From Epithemia pelagica (lineage: Eukaryota > Protista > Bacillariophyta), in contig OX337233.1 in NCBI GenBank assembly GCA_946965045.2, positions 2,604,001 to 2,668,000 on the forward strand: a stretch of DNA of 64,000 nucleotides, written 5' to 3'. Of this stretch, positions 20,040-32,327 are shown in pieces. Both the position numbers and the translations under genes were made by a program. The stretch's first letter is position 1. The number at the start of each line of letters is the position of its first letter. The notes under the pieces were generated by a model that was not told where the DNA came from, did no database searches, and was given only the letters and a program-made list of their open reading frames with translations.

Positions 20040-21754
20040 ATGAGCAGGTACACGGCAATATCCGTTTGCATACTTCTTTTGTCTCTCTCCCAGTGTGCCT
20101 TGGACGGTGCACAAGCCTTTTTGTTGGAGACACCCTCGTTTGTACGAACCACGACGGCACACTCGAGAAGGTCGCAACAGCAAACGACATGGTCCTCTAC
20201 TTCTACCTCGATTCACATGGTGTTTGACTTTGTACGGGATCGGTCCAAGGAGGGATTCGACCAATTGGAAAATTTGGGAGACAAATTCAAACGAGGTCAG
20301 CTGGGACAAGGCTTGTTGGATATTGCCGCCTATACGGCCAAAACCAACCAAGCCTTTGCCATGGGTCTCGCTCGCAGTCGAGATAAATTACGGGAGAGTT
20401 TGGAGTCCTTCTTTACGGGTGTGTCGTCTGAAGACATGTTGGAAGATTTGGTCGATGTTCTCATTCAAGCCGATTTGGGCATTGCCACCGCCGAAGACAT
20501 TGTGGCCGAAGTCAAGAGTTTGCGCGGCGACCAAGCACTCACGCGCGAGGACTTGAAATCCATTATGCGCGGCAAACTGATTGAATCGTTGGAGGAGACC
20601 CAACAAGCAGGTGCCATTCAGTTCAGCTCTGTTCCCAATCAACCGACGGTACTCTTTGTCATGGGAGCCAACGGAATGGGCAAAACGACCACGATCGGTA
20701 CGTACCAATGGGAGCGCCTTTATGCGTCGAATCGAAACGCCCAAAGCCACACATTTCCCTGGATTCTCCTAGTGAGACTCATTGCTGTGTTCGCTGACAT
20801 TGGTGGTATCATCGTATGTCGTTTCTACGGTTTCTAGGAAAACTCGCGCATCGCTTGCGAACGGAGCTGAATCAAACCGTCCTACTGGCAGCATGTGATA
20901 CCTTTCGAGCGGGTGCCGTGGATCAACTTCAACTCTGGGCGGATCGTGCCGAGGTGGATCTCGTGGGGCCCGAGGAGGGATCCAAACAGTCTCCCAGCAC
21001 GGTCTTGTTTGGTGCTTTGGAAAAGGCGGTAGCCGAAAACTACGACACCTTGTTGGTCGACACCTCGGGACGTCTCAGTAGCAACGATCAACTTACACAG
21101 GAACTGGCCAAGATGAAACGAGTCATTCAAAAGCAAATGTCTGTGGAATCGGACGATGAGGGAAAACCCATTTTCAACACGGCCGTTCCACATGAAACGC
21201 TACTCGTCTTGGAGGCTTCACAGGGACGCATGGCACTGGACTCGGCCAAAGTGTGGGAAGAGGAAATTGGATTGACGGGCCTGATCCTGACCAAGTTGGA
21301 TGGAACGGCACGAGGTGGAAGCATTGTGTCCATTACGCGAGATCTCAAACTCCCGGTCAAGCTTGTCGGAGTGGGAGAAGGGATTGAGGATTTGCGGGAT
21401 GTAAGTAATCGTGAGGAAAAGGCTACGTGAAATACGAGGTGTACTAACGAAATGAATTCGTCCTGCTTCGATTCTGTCCTCTTTTGATGCGTTCTGCAGT
21501 TCAACCCTGAGGCTTTTGTCGATGGATTACTAGGTGTAGGAGAGGCAGGAGGTGGAAAATCGAAGGATGAAGGGGAAACCTTGGCGGCCAGGCTTGCGGC
21601 CATGAGAAACGAACGAGATGTCCGGGCCGTGGAACGCAAAGCGGAACTCGCTGCAGCTGCCGCAAGTCGAAGAAACACTGTTCCCTCTTCGGCCAAGCCA
21701 AACAACAATAGCCAACCAAAAAACAAGAAGAAAAAGAAAAAGAATAAACGCTAG
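20040..21754 (+). CDS. ftsY: Chloroplast SRP receptor cpFtsY; 3 exons (20040-20697, 20838-21400, 21500-21754)
   Basis: Bipartite presequence (...GAQAF). GANGMGKTTTIG|KLA joined across a GT-AG intron; DTFRAGA, DTSGR, TKLDGTARGG, GVGEGIEDLRD|FNPEAFVDGLLG. Confidence 0.93.
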
Positions 21755-22342
21755 AAAGACATTGGCAAAGTTCCTCTAGGAGTGGTAGCCCAGTCCGTAG
21801 ATGTCGAATAGTTGATATTGCTCCATGATCAATTTTTGCCTTCGTCAAAAGCACATTCCGTACCACGTCTTCACATATCAGCCTTATCAAACTAATTTGC
21901 AAATCTCAAATGAATTGGCCCCGTTTGAATCAGAGGAAACATGTGTTGCAAAGATGCGCCTTGTATTGCAAAGATGCGCCTTGGGGCTACGAACGTAATT
22001 TGTGAGGGAGGACTGGACAGTGCGTTGGGGTTGCGGGGGAATAGTGGACGGACTTGGATCGGATTGGATCTCTGGATTTCACTTAGGGCAACGCGCAGAA
22101 CCGTCACTTATTGGAATTTTCTTTACGCTTAAACGCATAACAATTTAGCTTTTCAACGCACGATCGCGGGACTTGACCGCTGAAATACATACAACTCCTT
22201 CCGTACGTCCAATCCGTTAGACTCTCCTGAGACGCGTGTTCCTCTTGTTAATGCCAAAACATGTTCACAAAATCTTTGAAGAGAACAGGGGAGCAGGGAG
22301 TAGCAACAAGACCAACGCATACATACACATTCGTAGACTTCT

Positions 22343-23706
22343 TTGGAGACGATGGGAGCGACAAAGACCATGACTCGCTGTAGACTTTACGCATTTGGGG
22401 CATCGATAGTGCACTTGCTTGCTTTTCTTCCTTTGTCGCAATCATCCAGAGTTGTTCATCAAAGCGCAACAAAACGATTATTGCGGAAAAGCGATGCCAT
22501 TGCCCGGTCCCATCGGAAATTGCCCCTACTTGGAGGCGGCAAGAATGGAGGGAAAGGAGGCAATGGCGGATCTAGCTCGTGTTCAGGTTCATACTGTGGG
22601 TGTCTGCTAATGACAGACTACGAGCTAGATGAGGCTTGGCATGGTTCTGGCAAACGACCTGACTGCAAATACCATTACGATGATGGAAGTGGCGATGGAG
22701 GAAGCGATGGCGGAGGCAGTGATGGCGGAGGCAGTGACGGTGGAGGGGGAGGTGACAACGGTGGGGGTGACAACGGCGGTGGTGACAACGGCGGTGGTGA
22801 CAACGGTGGGGGTGACAACGGTGGGGGTGATAACGGAGGCGCTGACAACGGAGGCGGTGATGACAACGGTGGAGGTAATAACAGTAATGGATCGAATGGG
22901 AATGACGGGCGAAACGGAGGAGGGGGTGAGGTTACTAATGGAGGCAAGTGGAAACTGGCAGAGAAACAACACAGTTGTCCCTAGATGCTAACTCTACTCT
23001 CTATGTTTGGCTCGTTGTGTCAACTGCAGATGTTACGGGGGACGGAGATGGCAACAACAACAATCAGCAAGGTGCCAATGGTGGAGATGGCACGGATCCT
23101 TTCGAAAGCTTCAATATTAAAGATTGTGCCACTTACGAAAGTCTATGGACATGGGATGCCATATTGACGTGTTCTGACGAGGCTCCTTCCGACTGTAGTT
23201 GTGGATATGCTGAAACCTTGATGGAAAACGAGTTCCTGACCTGTGCCGACATGGAATCATGTCCAGCTGAATGCCAAATCTGTGAATCTTGTATGCAACT
23301 TCTTGGCTGCGAACGTACAGTGGCAGCTGGTACGAATCGGTCCGGTGTCATCCGATCGACAAGGTGGTACATCATCGCGGCTGCTGCCGCAGTGGTCCTT
23401 GCCGGTGCCTTGTACTCGTATGTTCGGGTTCGACGTGACCATGTGGATGCCGAACTTACCCACCAACTTTTGGAAGAACCGGAGGGAGCGGCGGCCGCGG
23501 CGGCATCGGCAAGTCCCGGAGGGTCCTCGGGTGTATGGCTTGCCCCGGATACAGAGGTGGACCAGTTTGAACCAAGTATGAGAGCCGCCCTTACCTCGTA
23601 TACTGCCGCTGCACCTGCTGTAGTGGGCGGTGCAGAGGCTTTTGCGGCAACTTCATCAATCTCCGGCCCATCGGAAGAAGACGTCTGGCTGGCTCCGGTC
23701 ACGTAG
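22343..23706 (+). CDS. Secreted type I membrane protein with an RXL motif, Cys-rich domains and (GGGDN)n repeats; 2 exons (22343-22925, 23030-23706)
   Basis: Signal peptide, RKL motif, and a 104-nt GTGAG...CAG intron with a GCTAAC branch point that joins the two listed ORFs in phase. Cys-rich CPAECQICESC region, TM helix WYIIAAAAAVVLAGALYSYV, cytosolic tail. Confidence 0.75.
22681..22875 (+). repeat. Coding 15-bp minisatellite (GGTGACAACGGYGGK; GGGDN and GGSDG repeats)
   Basis: At least 7 consecutive 15-nt units from 22751, preceded by DGGGS units. Confidence 0.9.
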
Positions 23707-25012
23707 GTAACTTTGGCTAAGGGCACCCGTACTACTACTACTACAGGTACTTTCGTATGACAAGGATCATGTACTCAAGCTCAACAAATCAATCGACGGT
23801 GAAAGACTGCATTTAGAAGCAGATGGAAGAATTGGCCCCCCAAATGTCGGCATTTCCAGTTGCTCCACAACCAGTTTAGGAGTAACTTGTATTGCTCTTA
23901 CTAGATATGAATATTCCAGTGAAATCTAAGGTATTTCCAGGTTTACCATCACTCTCTTGGGTCTTGCGAAGTCGGAAGACGTATCTCCTACTCCGTACTC
24001 CTAGTAGAAGAGTCCTATGGAACGGCTTCTCCTTGGAGAAAGTTAGCTACCCAAATCGGTTCGTAAGGTAGACGATTCACCCCTTTTATTTCACTTCTTG
24101 TGACGTAAAATCATACCCCTTCACCCCCATTTCTCATTCCCCCATTTTTTCTAAAACCCTATTTGGATGTCATTAAATTGCCTTGAAGGAGAGAGCAAGG
24201 CATAGATCTGTTGGACTGTCCGAGGCACGATCACACCCTAATCATAAATGTCACTATTCAATTACTTAGTCGATGAGCACGTGCAAACGGGATCAAGAAA
24301 AACGACAGCTCATTTTCAAAATATCCAGCGTCTATGGAACAGAACGTTGTGATATGGATTACGACACGAGAAACATTCATCATTCCAGGAGTAGCTATTG
24401 GACAATCTGAGTCGTGCCGCGTGCTTCGAGCGTGGAACTCCAATTCAACTACTCCTTAGCATGTAAGATACTTCCGCGCGCTGGAAATTACGGGACTGAT
24501 TGCATGCTATACTTACGAAACAACCGTCATGTTATGTAGAACTATCAAGCGCTCATAATTCACTATCTCTGGAGTGTAGTCCTTGCTATTTGGGGCTATT
24601 GAGACTATCGCCAGTCGCTCCTGCTGTTGCGCACCCTTCAACGCCATTCACAATTCGAAGCAGACCGTAAGTTCACCAATAAAAACCTTTTGTACTGAAA
24701 CGCAGCATACTCAAGGCTTGTGTCGCAGCTGCGAAAACTGCAAGCACCATGCAGTTTTAACGTCGTGGTATTTTGTCATTCGCTATATACCGCCAGAATA
24801 ACAGTAACAGATCCAATCAACAAGAATCTCGCAGTGACAGCAAAAAGACCCTTGCTGTTTTGATGTCTGGAAGACTTTAGAAGAGAGATCAATGACGAGA
24901 TAGAGTTTTGGACGTTGGAACTACATCCATCCATTCTTTACTTCCTCTCGTGACTCGGATCGTGTGAACAAACGAGGCTGTCTTCTCCAGTTCTTTGAAG
25001 CTGTCAGTGGCA

Positions 25013-27050
25013 ATGTCTGCCCGGCAGAATGATTCGGATTTCTTACTTGAGGACATGGAAATGATATTTGACGATGACAGCGAAGGTGTGGGGGATTTCT
25101 CATTCACCAAGAACGGGCACAGAGACAACGCGGAAGACAGTGCGGAGAACGATGCCAAGAATAGTGCCGAGGCCAGCGGAAGCGGTGTCCACAATGAGCT
25201 GCAAGAGGGAACTCTAACGAGCAATGTCTCCTTTGATCCGAGAGTATCCAATAATGCCGAATCAAGGTCACCCGTCGCGTCTCTCAATGCTATGACCGGA
25301 GAGGAAACCAAAATACACTCTTGGGATGCCGAAGCGGCGGAAAAAGGCGTTCGTCAAACCATGATACTGGAAATGTAAGTTGAATGTCATGGTCTTCTTC
25401 CATGTCTGGATTATTTTGAATGTGCGGTCATTGACTTGTGTCTTTCTTCTTCTCTCGCTTTGAACGTATCATTAAACGTGATGCAGAGCTCGGCTCTTAA
25501 AATCACGAAAAAAGACACAACCGTCCAACGAGTGGTTGCAACAGCTCCCTCACAAGGCGCGGAAACTCGAGGAACGACTTTATCGGGCAGCACCATCGCT
25601 CAGTGCGTACCAAGACCTTTCCACTCTCAAAACTCGCTTACAGATGGTAGCACAAATGATTACCAATCAATACGCTGCGGCCAAAAGCCGTCACTCGTTT
25701 GTGGTGGGTGGCTCCCGACGAATGAGTGCGCTCACCGCCCTTCGGAATTCGTTCAGTTCCACACAACACCGAGGATCGGTCAACTCGCAGGATGATGTCG
25801 CAAGCTTGCTCAGCAATCCAGGAGCTTTTTTCGGACCTTCTGGAACCAACGATGCGGCCGGCGTGGACAAGAATGAAGGAATGATGAACGATATGGGGGA
25901 ACACAAGCCCTTGACCTCGGATATTTCGAAACAGCAACGAGGCAGTGTCTCGTCCATGGCGTCGACCAACTCTCAACCAGTCGGATTACCGGTACCCAAT
26001 GGTACTGGAAGCGCGGCTCCCAGTCACAATGGTTCTACTAATAGTAGTAGCCTATCCATACTCGAACAACAAAAAGCGGTGAACGAAAGCTTGCGGTTGC
26101 AAATTCAAGAAAACATTAGAAAGCAAAATGAATGGTTTCGGCAAATGCAGGCACAACAGGCACAACCACTTGGCAATGCGAGTGTGACGAGCGCTGGAAT
26201 CGTACCACAAACTACAGCCGCCATTCCGCCGACCACAGGTTCCGGTTTGAATGTACCAATAGGCGGCCAAGCTGGTGCCATGGGAACATCCGAGACAAAT
26301 CCATTGACGGCGGCGGCTTCCGCAAACCAGTTTGGAACCATGTCCAAACACATGGCAGCCATGGGTATGGCGGCTGGCATGCAACATGCACAAGCGGCCA
26401 ACATGCCCGGAATGCAACAACCACAACAACCGCAAGCAGGGAGCATGCATCCAGCAGGTATGGCGACTGGATTCCCTTTTGTACAGAATTCTGCGGCACT
26501 CATGAACAATCCTGCCGCTGCCGCACGATTACAAGCGCTTCTATTACAACAACAACAACAACAACAAAATGGTCTACCAAACTCCATGAACATGATGTCA
26601 TCGCGAATACCACCACCCCAACAAAATCAGTTTGCCCAATCGCAACAACAACAAGCAAGAATGTCACTGGGTTCACATCCACCGCAGTTTCCACAACAAC
26701 AACAACAACAACAACAGCAAGCACCACCAGGTGTGGAGAACCTGTTGGGCGGACCGTCCGTGGTACCCAGTGCTTCCGTGGCCACGGCGAACAACAACAA
26801 CAACAACAACGCCAAAAGCAGCTCTGGCAACTCGGCTATGCAACCTCCACAACATCCATTGTCTTCCACAACCATGGCGACACCGCCCAACTCACTCAGC
26901 AGCAGTTGTGGTGGTAGTGGAACCATGCCCCCTCCGGCATTCGTGGGTTCCAAGTCCAACCACGACAACAAGGATAGTGGTAGTGGTGGAGAACCAACCA
27001 ATAAACCACCGGGGAATCGACCACTGTCGCCGGGATCCTTTCATTGGTAA
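25013..27050 (+). CDS. KIX-like domain, Gln-rich transcriptional co-activator-like protein; 2 exons (25013-25374, 25487-27050)
   Basis: A 112-nt GTAAGT...CAG intron joins MILEI|ARLLKSRK...WLQQLPHKARKLEERLYRAAPSLSAYQDLSTLKTRL, a KIX_2-type pattern. Poly-Q/N C-terminus. Confidence 0.7.
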
Positions 27051-27148
27051 AACGAACACAAAAGAACCTATAAAGTTTTGTACTATACACATGCTACTCC
27101 TGCAAACTATGTTTTATATTTGCACGCTACTCCATAGGGCGGAGGGTG

Positions 27149-27294
27149 GAATCGAACCGGATTCTCGCAACATTCATTGGTTGGTTGATATGGATGAACG
27201 TATCATCGTAGTCCACCCTCCGATTGAATCGAACCGGATTCTCGCAACAGTTATTGGTTGTGTGACATGGACGACCGTATCATCGTAGTCCACC
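27149..27294. repeat. 77-bp-period tandem duplication in an intergenic region
   Basis: GAATCGAACCGGATTCTCGCAACA... at 27149 and 27226; 7 mismatches over 69 aligned nt. Confidence 0.85.
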
Positions 27295-28430
27295 ATATCC
27301 AGCATCATGATTCCGAAATCGCATTCATGCTACCATATCTAATGTCGTCAAATCCACTTTCTACAGCCTAGGTAAAGAGACTATCGAATGGGTACCAAGG
27401 GTTCCATGACAGTTCCATTTTGGAACTACCTCCAACGACCATTCGTGCAGGGAGGGACAAACTTCGCGACCAGAGAACAAGACTTTTCACTGCCATTCAT
27501 TTCAACATGCGTCGTGACTTTCAGCGAACCATTCGCCCATTCCTGCTCAGGCTCCAACGGTAGTAGTTTCGACAGAGATCGATCCAAGTTGGAACCAAGT
27601 TGTCAAGACCCTGACGACGACGACGACAAGTCGTACGGATTCTGGAGAACAATCGCCGTGAACATGGCAACTCTCCGACAGGTTCATTTTCATGGTAGAG
27701 ACGTGCCAAGAGCAATGCTTCCCGAGCTAGAACGAGCTCATCGGTCGTCCGTCCAAAGTCTTGGTGGGGGTAGGTCTGGAGCTGAAACGAACCAGCGATG
27801 AAACCAACAAACGGATCGTGTTGTTTCACCAGTGTTCATGGTCCCATTCGTACATTCACCGAAAGATCTCATCGCTCCAACAAAAGGGTTCTCAGAGATG
27901 GAAGTGCGCTTCGTCGAGCAATGGAATGTGAATGACGTGCTCTTCTTCTTGCTTCTTTCACCAACAACAACCCTTGTCTCCCAGACATGGAGCAAAAGTT
28001 TTGTCCAAGAGTGGCCACATACTCATGCCCAGGCGCGACATCGACATGGCTGTGAGAGTGCGATCCCTCACTTCGAGATATAGGCCTAAAATTAGTAGGG
28101 TGTCTGTAGTTTGGACGAGAAGTGTGGGCGTGTGGGTGACATGCTTTTCGTCCCGTCCCGGGGAAAAAAGAGCGCGCTGGCAATTTGAGTCGCACACGCT
28201 CCAGCGCCGTTGCAAATGTCCACCTCAGTTTCTGGGTCACTCAACTGTCGCTCGATTTGTACTTTCATTTTGCATTCTGTCCCCAGGCACGCCAAGACGT
28301 GGATACGTCCGCATTGACTGACGTACGCTTGATTTCACCCACTGCCCCCATCATTTGCAAATCTTTCTCTTCGTATCGACAACAACAAGGACACAATTTG
28401 TGATCTCACGAGAACATCAAGACTGACAAC

Positions 28431-29704
<1,274 letters not shown>

Positions 29705-29934
29705 ATATATATTTTGGCCCTGTTGAATAAACTCGCGCACTCCCACAAGCTTCACCAAAAAGTAATTTTACGAAATAGCTGTTCGTATAAACCCTAAACT
29801 CTTATACCCTCTGAAACAATACTTCAAGATTATCAAACTACTAGCGACCATTGTTGTTTGGAGCAAGAGGATTGTATCATTTCGAATTAGTGGACAGAGC
29901 ACTGGTAAACTGTAACTAGTGGACAGAGCAGTGG

Positions 29935-31152
29935 CTACGCCAGGTAGCCAATATGTGGGACGATGTTACCAGGCAGTGGTTCCTCCACAGTTCCACCAAC
30001 AAGGTTGATCATATCCTTTGCTCCAGTGACACCGGTCATGACAAGAACCGTGTGCATACCCGTGTCGACGCCAAATCGGATATCCGTATCAAGGCGATCT
30101 CCTACAAACAAGGCTCGTTTTCGGTCCAGGCCATAGAGGGAATCCAAAAGGTTGGCCAACACGGGGCTTGGTTTCCCACAATTGACGGCTTGCCGTTGAG
30201 AGCAATGTTCCAAAAATCTCACGGCTCCACCATTTCCTGGAATGTGCCGAGCATCGAGACCTACGAGATCATACGAATCTAAATTGGTCGCCACCAAGGG
30301 AGCTGTTGGATTTCGTTGCAGCAAGACATTGGCAATGCACAGTTTCCGGAAACTGAGATTTGTATCATGTCCGACAACCACGGCATCAATAGCATGTTGA
30401 GGAAAGTCATACTCTGCCAGCTCGTCTCGGCTCATGGAAGAGGGTTCGGTGCTGGAGTCTAAAACCTCAAACCCCGTTTGACAAAGTTCGTCACGCAACC
30501 CTGCACTCCCAATGACATACAGGCACCCACTGCCCTGTTTGTCCAGGATTGTTTGTTTCAGATATTGCGCGGCAGAGAATGCACTTCCCACCATCATCTC
30601 TTGCTTCAATTGACCCGGCATTTCCAGTATGGATTCGAGTTTGTTCTTGAGCTCGAGTCGCGAGGCGGACGCATTGTTGGTGACAAAAAAGAGTTGTTTT
30701 CCCTGGGCAATCAAATTCTGTATACATTGACGAGCACCAGGTGCCGGATCAGGCGTTCGATAAATGACTCCATCACAGTCAAACAACACGGAATCAACTT
30801 GTTCCTGAAGAAAGGAGGAGGCCTCGAGAGGCGATGAAAAAACTTTGGGTACGGATCGTCCAGTTTCCGAGAAGGACGACAAAACTTGAGGGTTGCTGTA
30901 GTGACGGGACAGAGCTTGAGCTTCTCGTTCCGATTCCTCTTGCATTCGTTGTGTGACCACGGATATTGTTGCGGACGAACTTGGTGTACCAACCTTGTCC
31001 GATGAGAGACTCGACGACGACGACGACGCTGCCATACACCGTTTTGTGAACATGGACAAGGGCTGGCGCCGAGCCGTCGTCAACACATGGGCTCGAGAAG
31101 AAGAACCCAATGCAATCATTGTTAGCAGTCGTTTGGCTTGCCTTCTAATCAT
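29935..31152 (-). CDS. HAD-IIA phosphoglycolate/4-nitrophenyl phosphatase with an organellar presequence
   Basis: LFDCDGV, FVTNNA, CGKPS, FVGDRLDTDI. Likely ATG at 31152 (frame open from 31329). Confidence 0.9.
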   Translation of the reverse strand: MIRRQAKRLLTMIALGSSSRAHVLTTARRQPLSMFTKRCMAASSSSSSLSSDKVGTPSSSATISVVTQRMQEESEREAQALSRHYSNPQVLSSFSETGRSVPKVFSSPLEASSFLQEQVDSVLFDCDGVIYRTPDPAPGARQCIQNLIAQGKQLFFVTNNASASRLELKNKLESILEMPGQLKQEMMVGSAFSAAQYLKQTILDKQGSGCLYVIGSAGLRDELCQTGFEVLDSSTEPSSMSRDELAEYDFPQHAIDAVVVGHDTNLSFRKLCIANVLLQRNPTAPLVATNLDSYDLVGLDARHIPGNGGAVRFLEHCSQRQAVNCGKPSPVLANLLDSLYGLDRKRALFVGDRLDTDIRFGVDTGMHTVLVMTGVTGAKDMINLVGGTVEEPLPGNIVPHIGYLA

Positions 31153-32327
31153 CGCTGTCTTGCATCGGAAGAAGGAAGGGAAAGGGGGCAACCTCCTGAT
31201 GATGTAGGTTTTCCAATTTCCAATGGCAGGAAAGTAAACGATGATGGAGGTGATGTGGCTTTTCCCGCAAAACCTCGATCCAACACGTACACCATTTAAG
31301 ACGACTCTAAGGCGACCCGCTCGCTTCACAACTGTCCGATCCGGCGGTGTGTATAACTTCTTTCATCCATCCGACATTTTTCTTTTTTCATTTTAGTTTT
31401 TACTTGAAATTATAACTCAGTTTTTTTCTCTAAAAGCAGTAATTATAACGTCCATAGCAACTGTCATAACTGGCTTCGCGCGCTTCGCCCTGGCTTTGGC
31501 TTGATACGGAGCACGACGCGAACCCACACAAGGATGAACAGTGAACACACACGTGAAACAGAAAAAAACATGCACAAACACAAGACAAGTGGCAATGGCC
31601 CACAACAAGGAAAGCTCTGAGTACATTGACTGCAACTAAAATACAAGCATAGTCAACTCTATATGTATCTAGGTACTCCTCCTATTTGTTTAGGCTTCCT
31701 GGCCCTATCCATTGTATTGTGTCCTTCCTTAGACTCTGATGTCGTCCACACACTGGTTGATTGTCATCTTGTCATTTTTCATCCTTCTTCTCATTCGGTT
31801 GATTGCCGCGTTTACTGATGATCCAGGGGGTAGATCTTGACAGTAGTATTCATGCTATGGTCATTCATTTTGCTGGATTGTTCGATTTTGTTGCAGCCCC
31901 ATTGTCATTTCTTGTGGTTCGTCGAAAAGTGAGAAGTGAGACGATTCATGGCACAAAATACGAGGCGAGGCCGGCGTTCAGATTTCAACGATCGAAGGCA
32001 GGCTGACGATTTGACATGGCAGGCGCTTTGGAAAAAAAACAAGAGGCCAAAGTTGGGCAACGCACGAAGGACAGAAAATATACACCTCTTGAATCGTTCC
32101 CTTAAGAAAGCGACCATGACGACGACGGGCGTCTACGTCTATAGTCTATACCCTCTGTCTACAATAGGCGACTTCACCTGCTCCGGCGAGCATGTGTTGA
32201 TGCTTGGATTTTAATGCGTCCATTATACACATGTGCTCGAAGTAACATCATGATACTTACTGGGAAGCTACTCTCTTGATACTTGAGTAAGGACAATGCA
32301 CCAGTGTAGTAGTCTTTAGTCATTTCG

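Noticed and set aside
21127-21726. 199-aa minus-strand ORF
   Set aside because: Antisense to cpFtsY exons 2-3; the sense splicing is fully consistent.
21946-21983. 20-bp direct duplication TTGCAAAGATGCGCCTTG; also a 14-bp repeat TAGTGGACAGAGCA near 29888 and 29917
   Set aside because: Two-copy micro-duplications consistent with slippage; no spacer array, so not CRISPR-like.
27136-27170. GGTTCGATTCCACCCTCCGCCC on the minus strand as a possible second split or permuted tRNA
   Set aside because: The T-stem pairs only 2 bp and no D-arm or anticodon half is nearby; kept only as a repeat.
27388-28240. Several short ORFs on both strands (137, 123, 102 aa)
   Set aside because: No recognisable domain or consistent splice model could be built.
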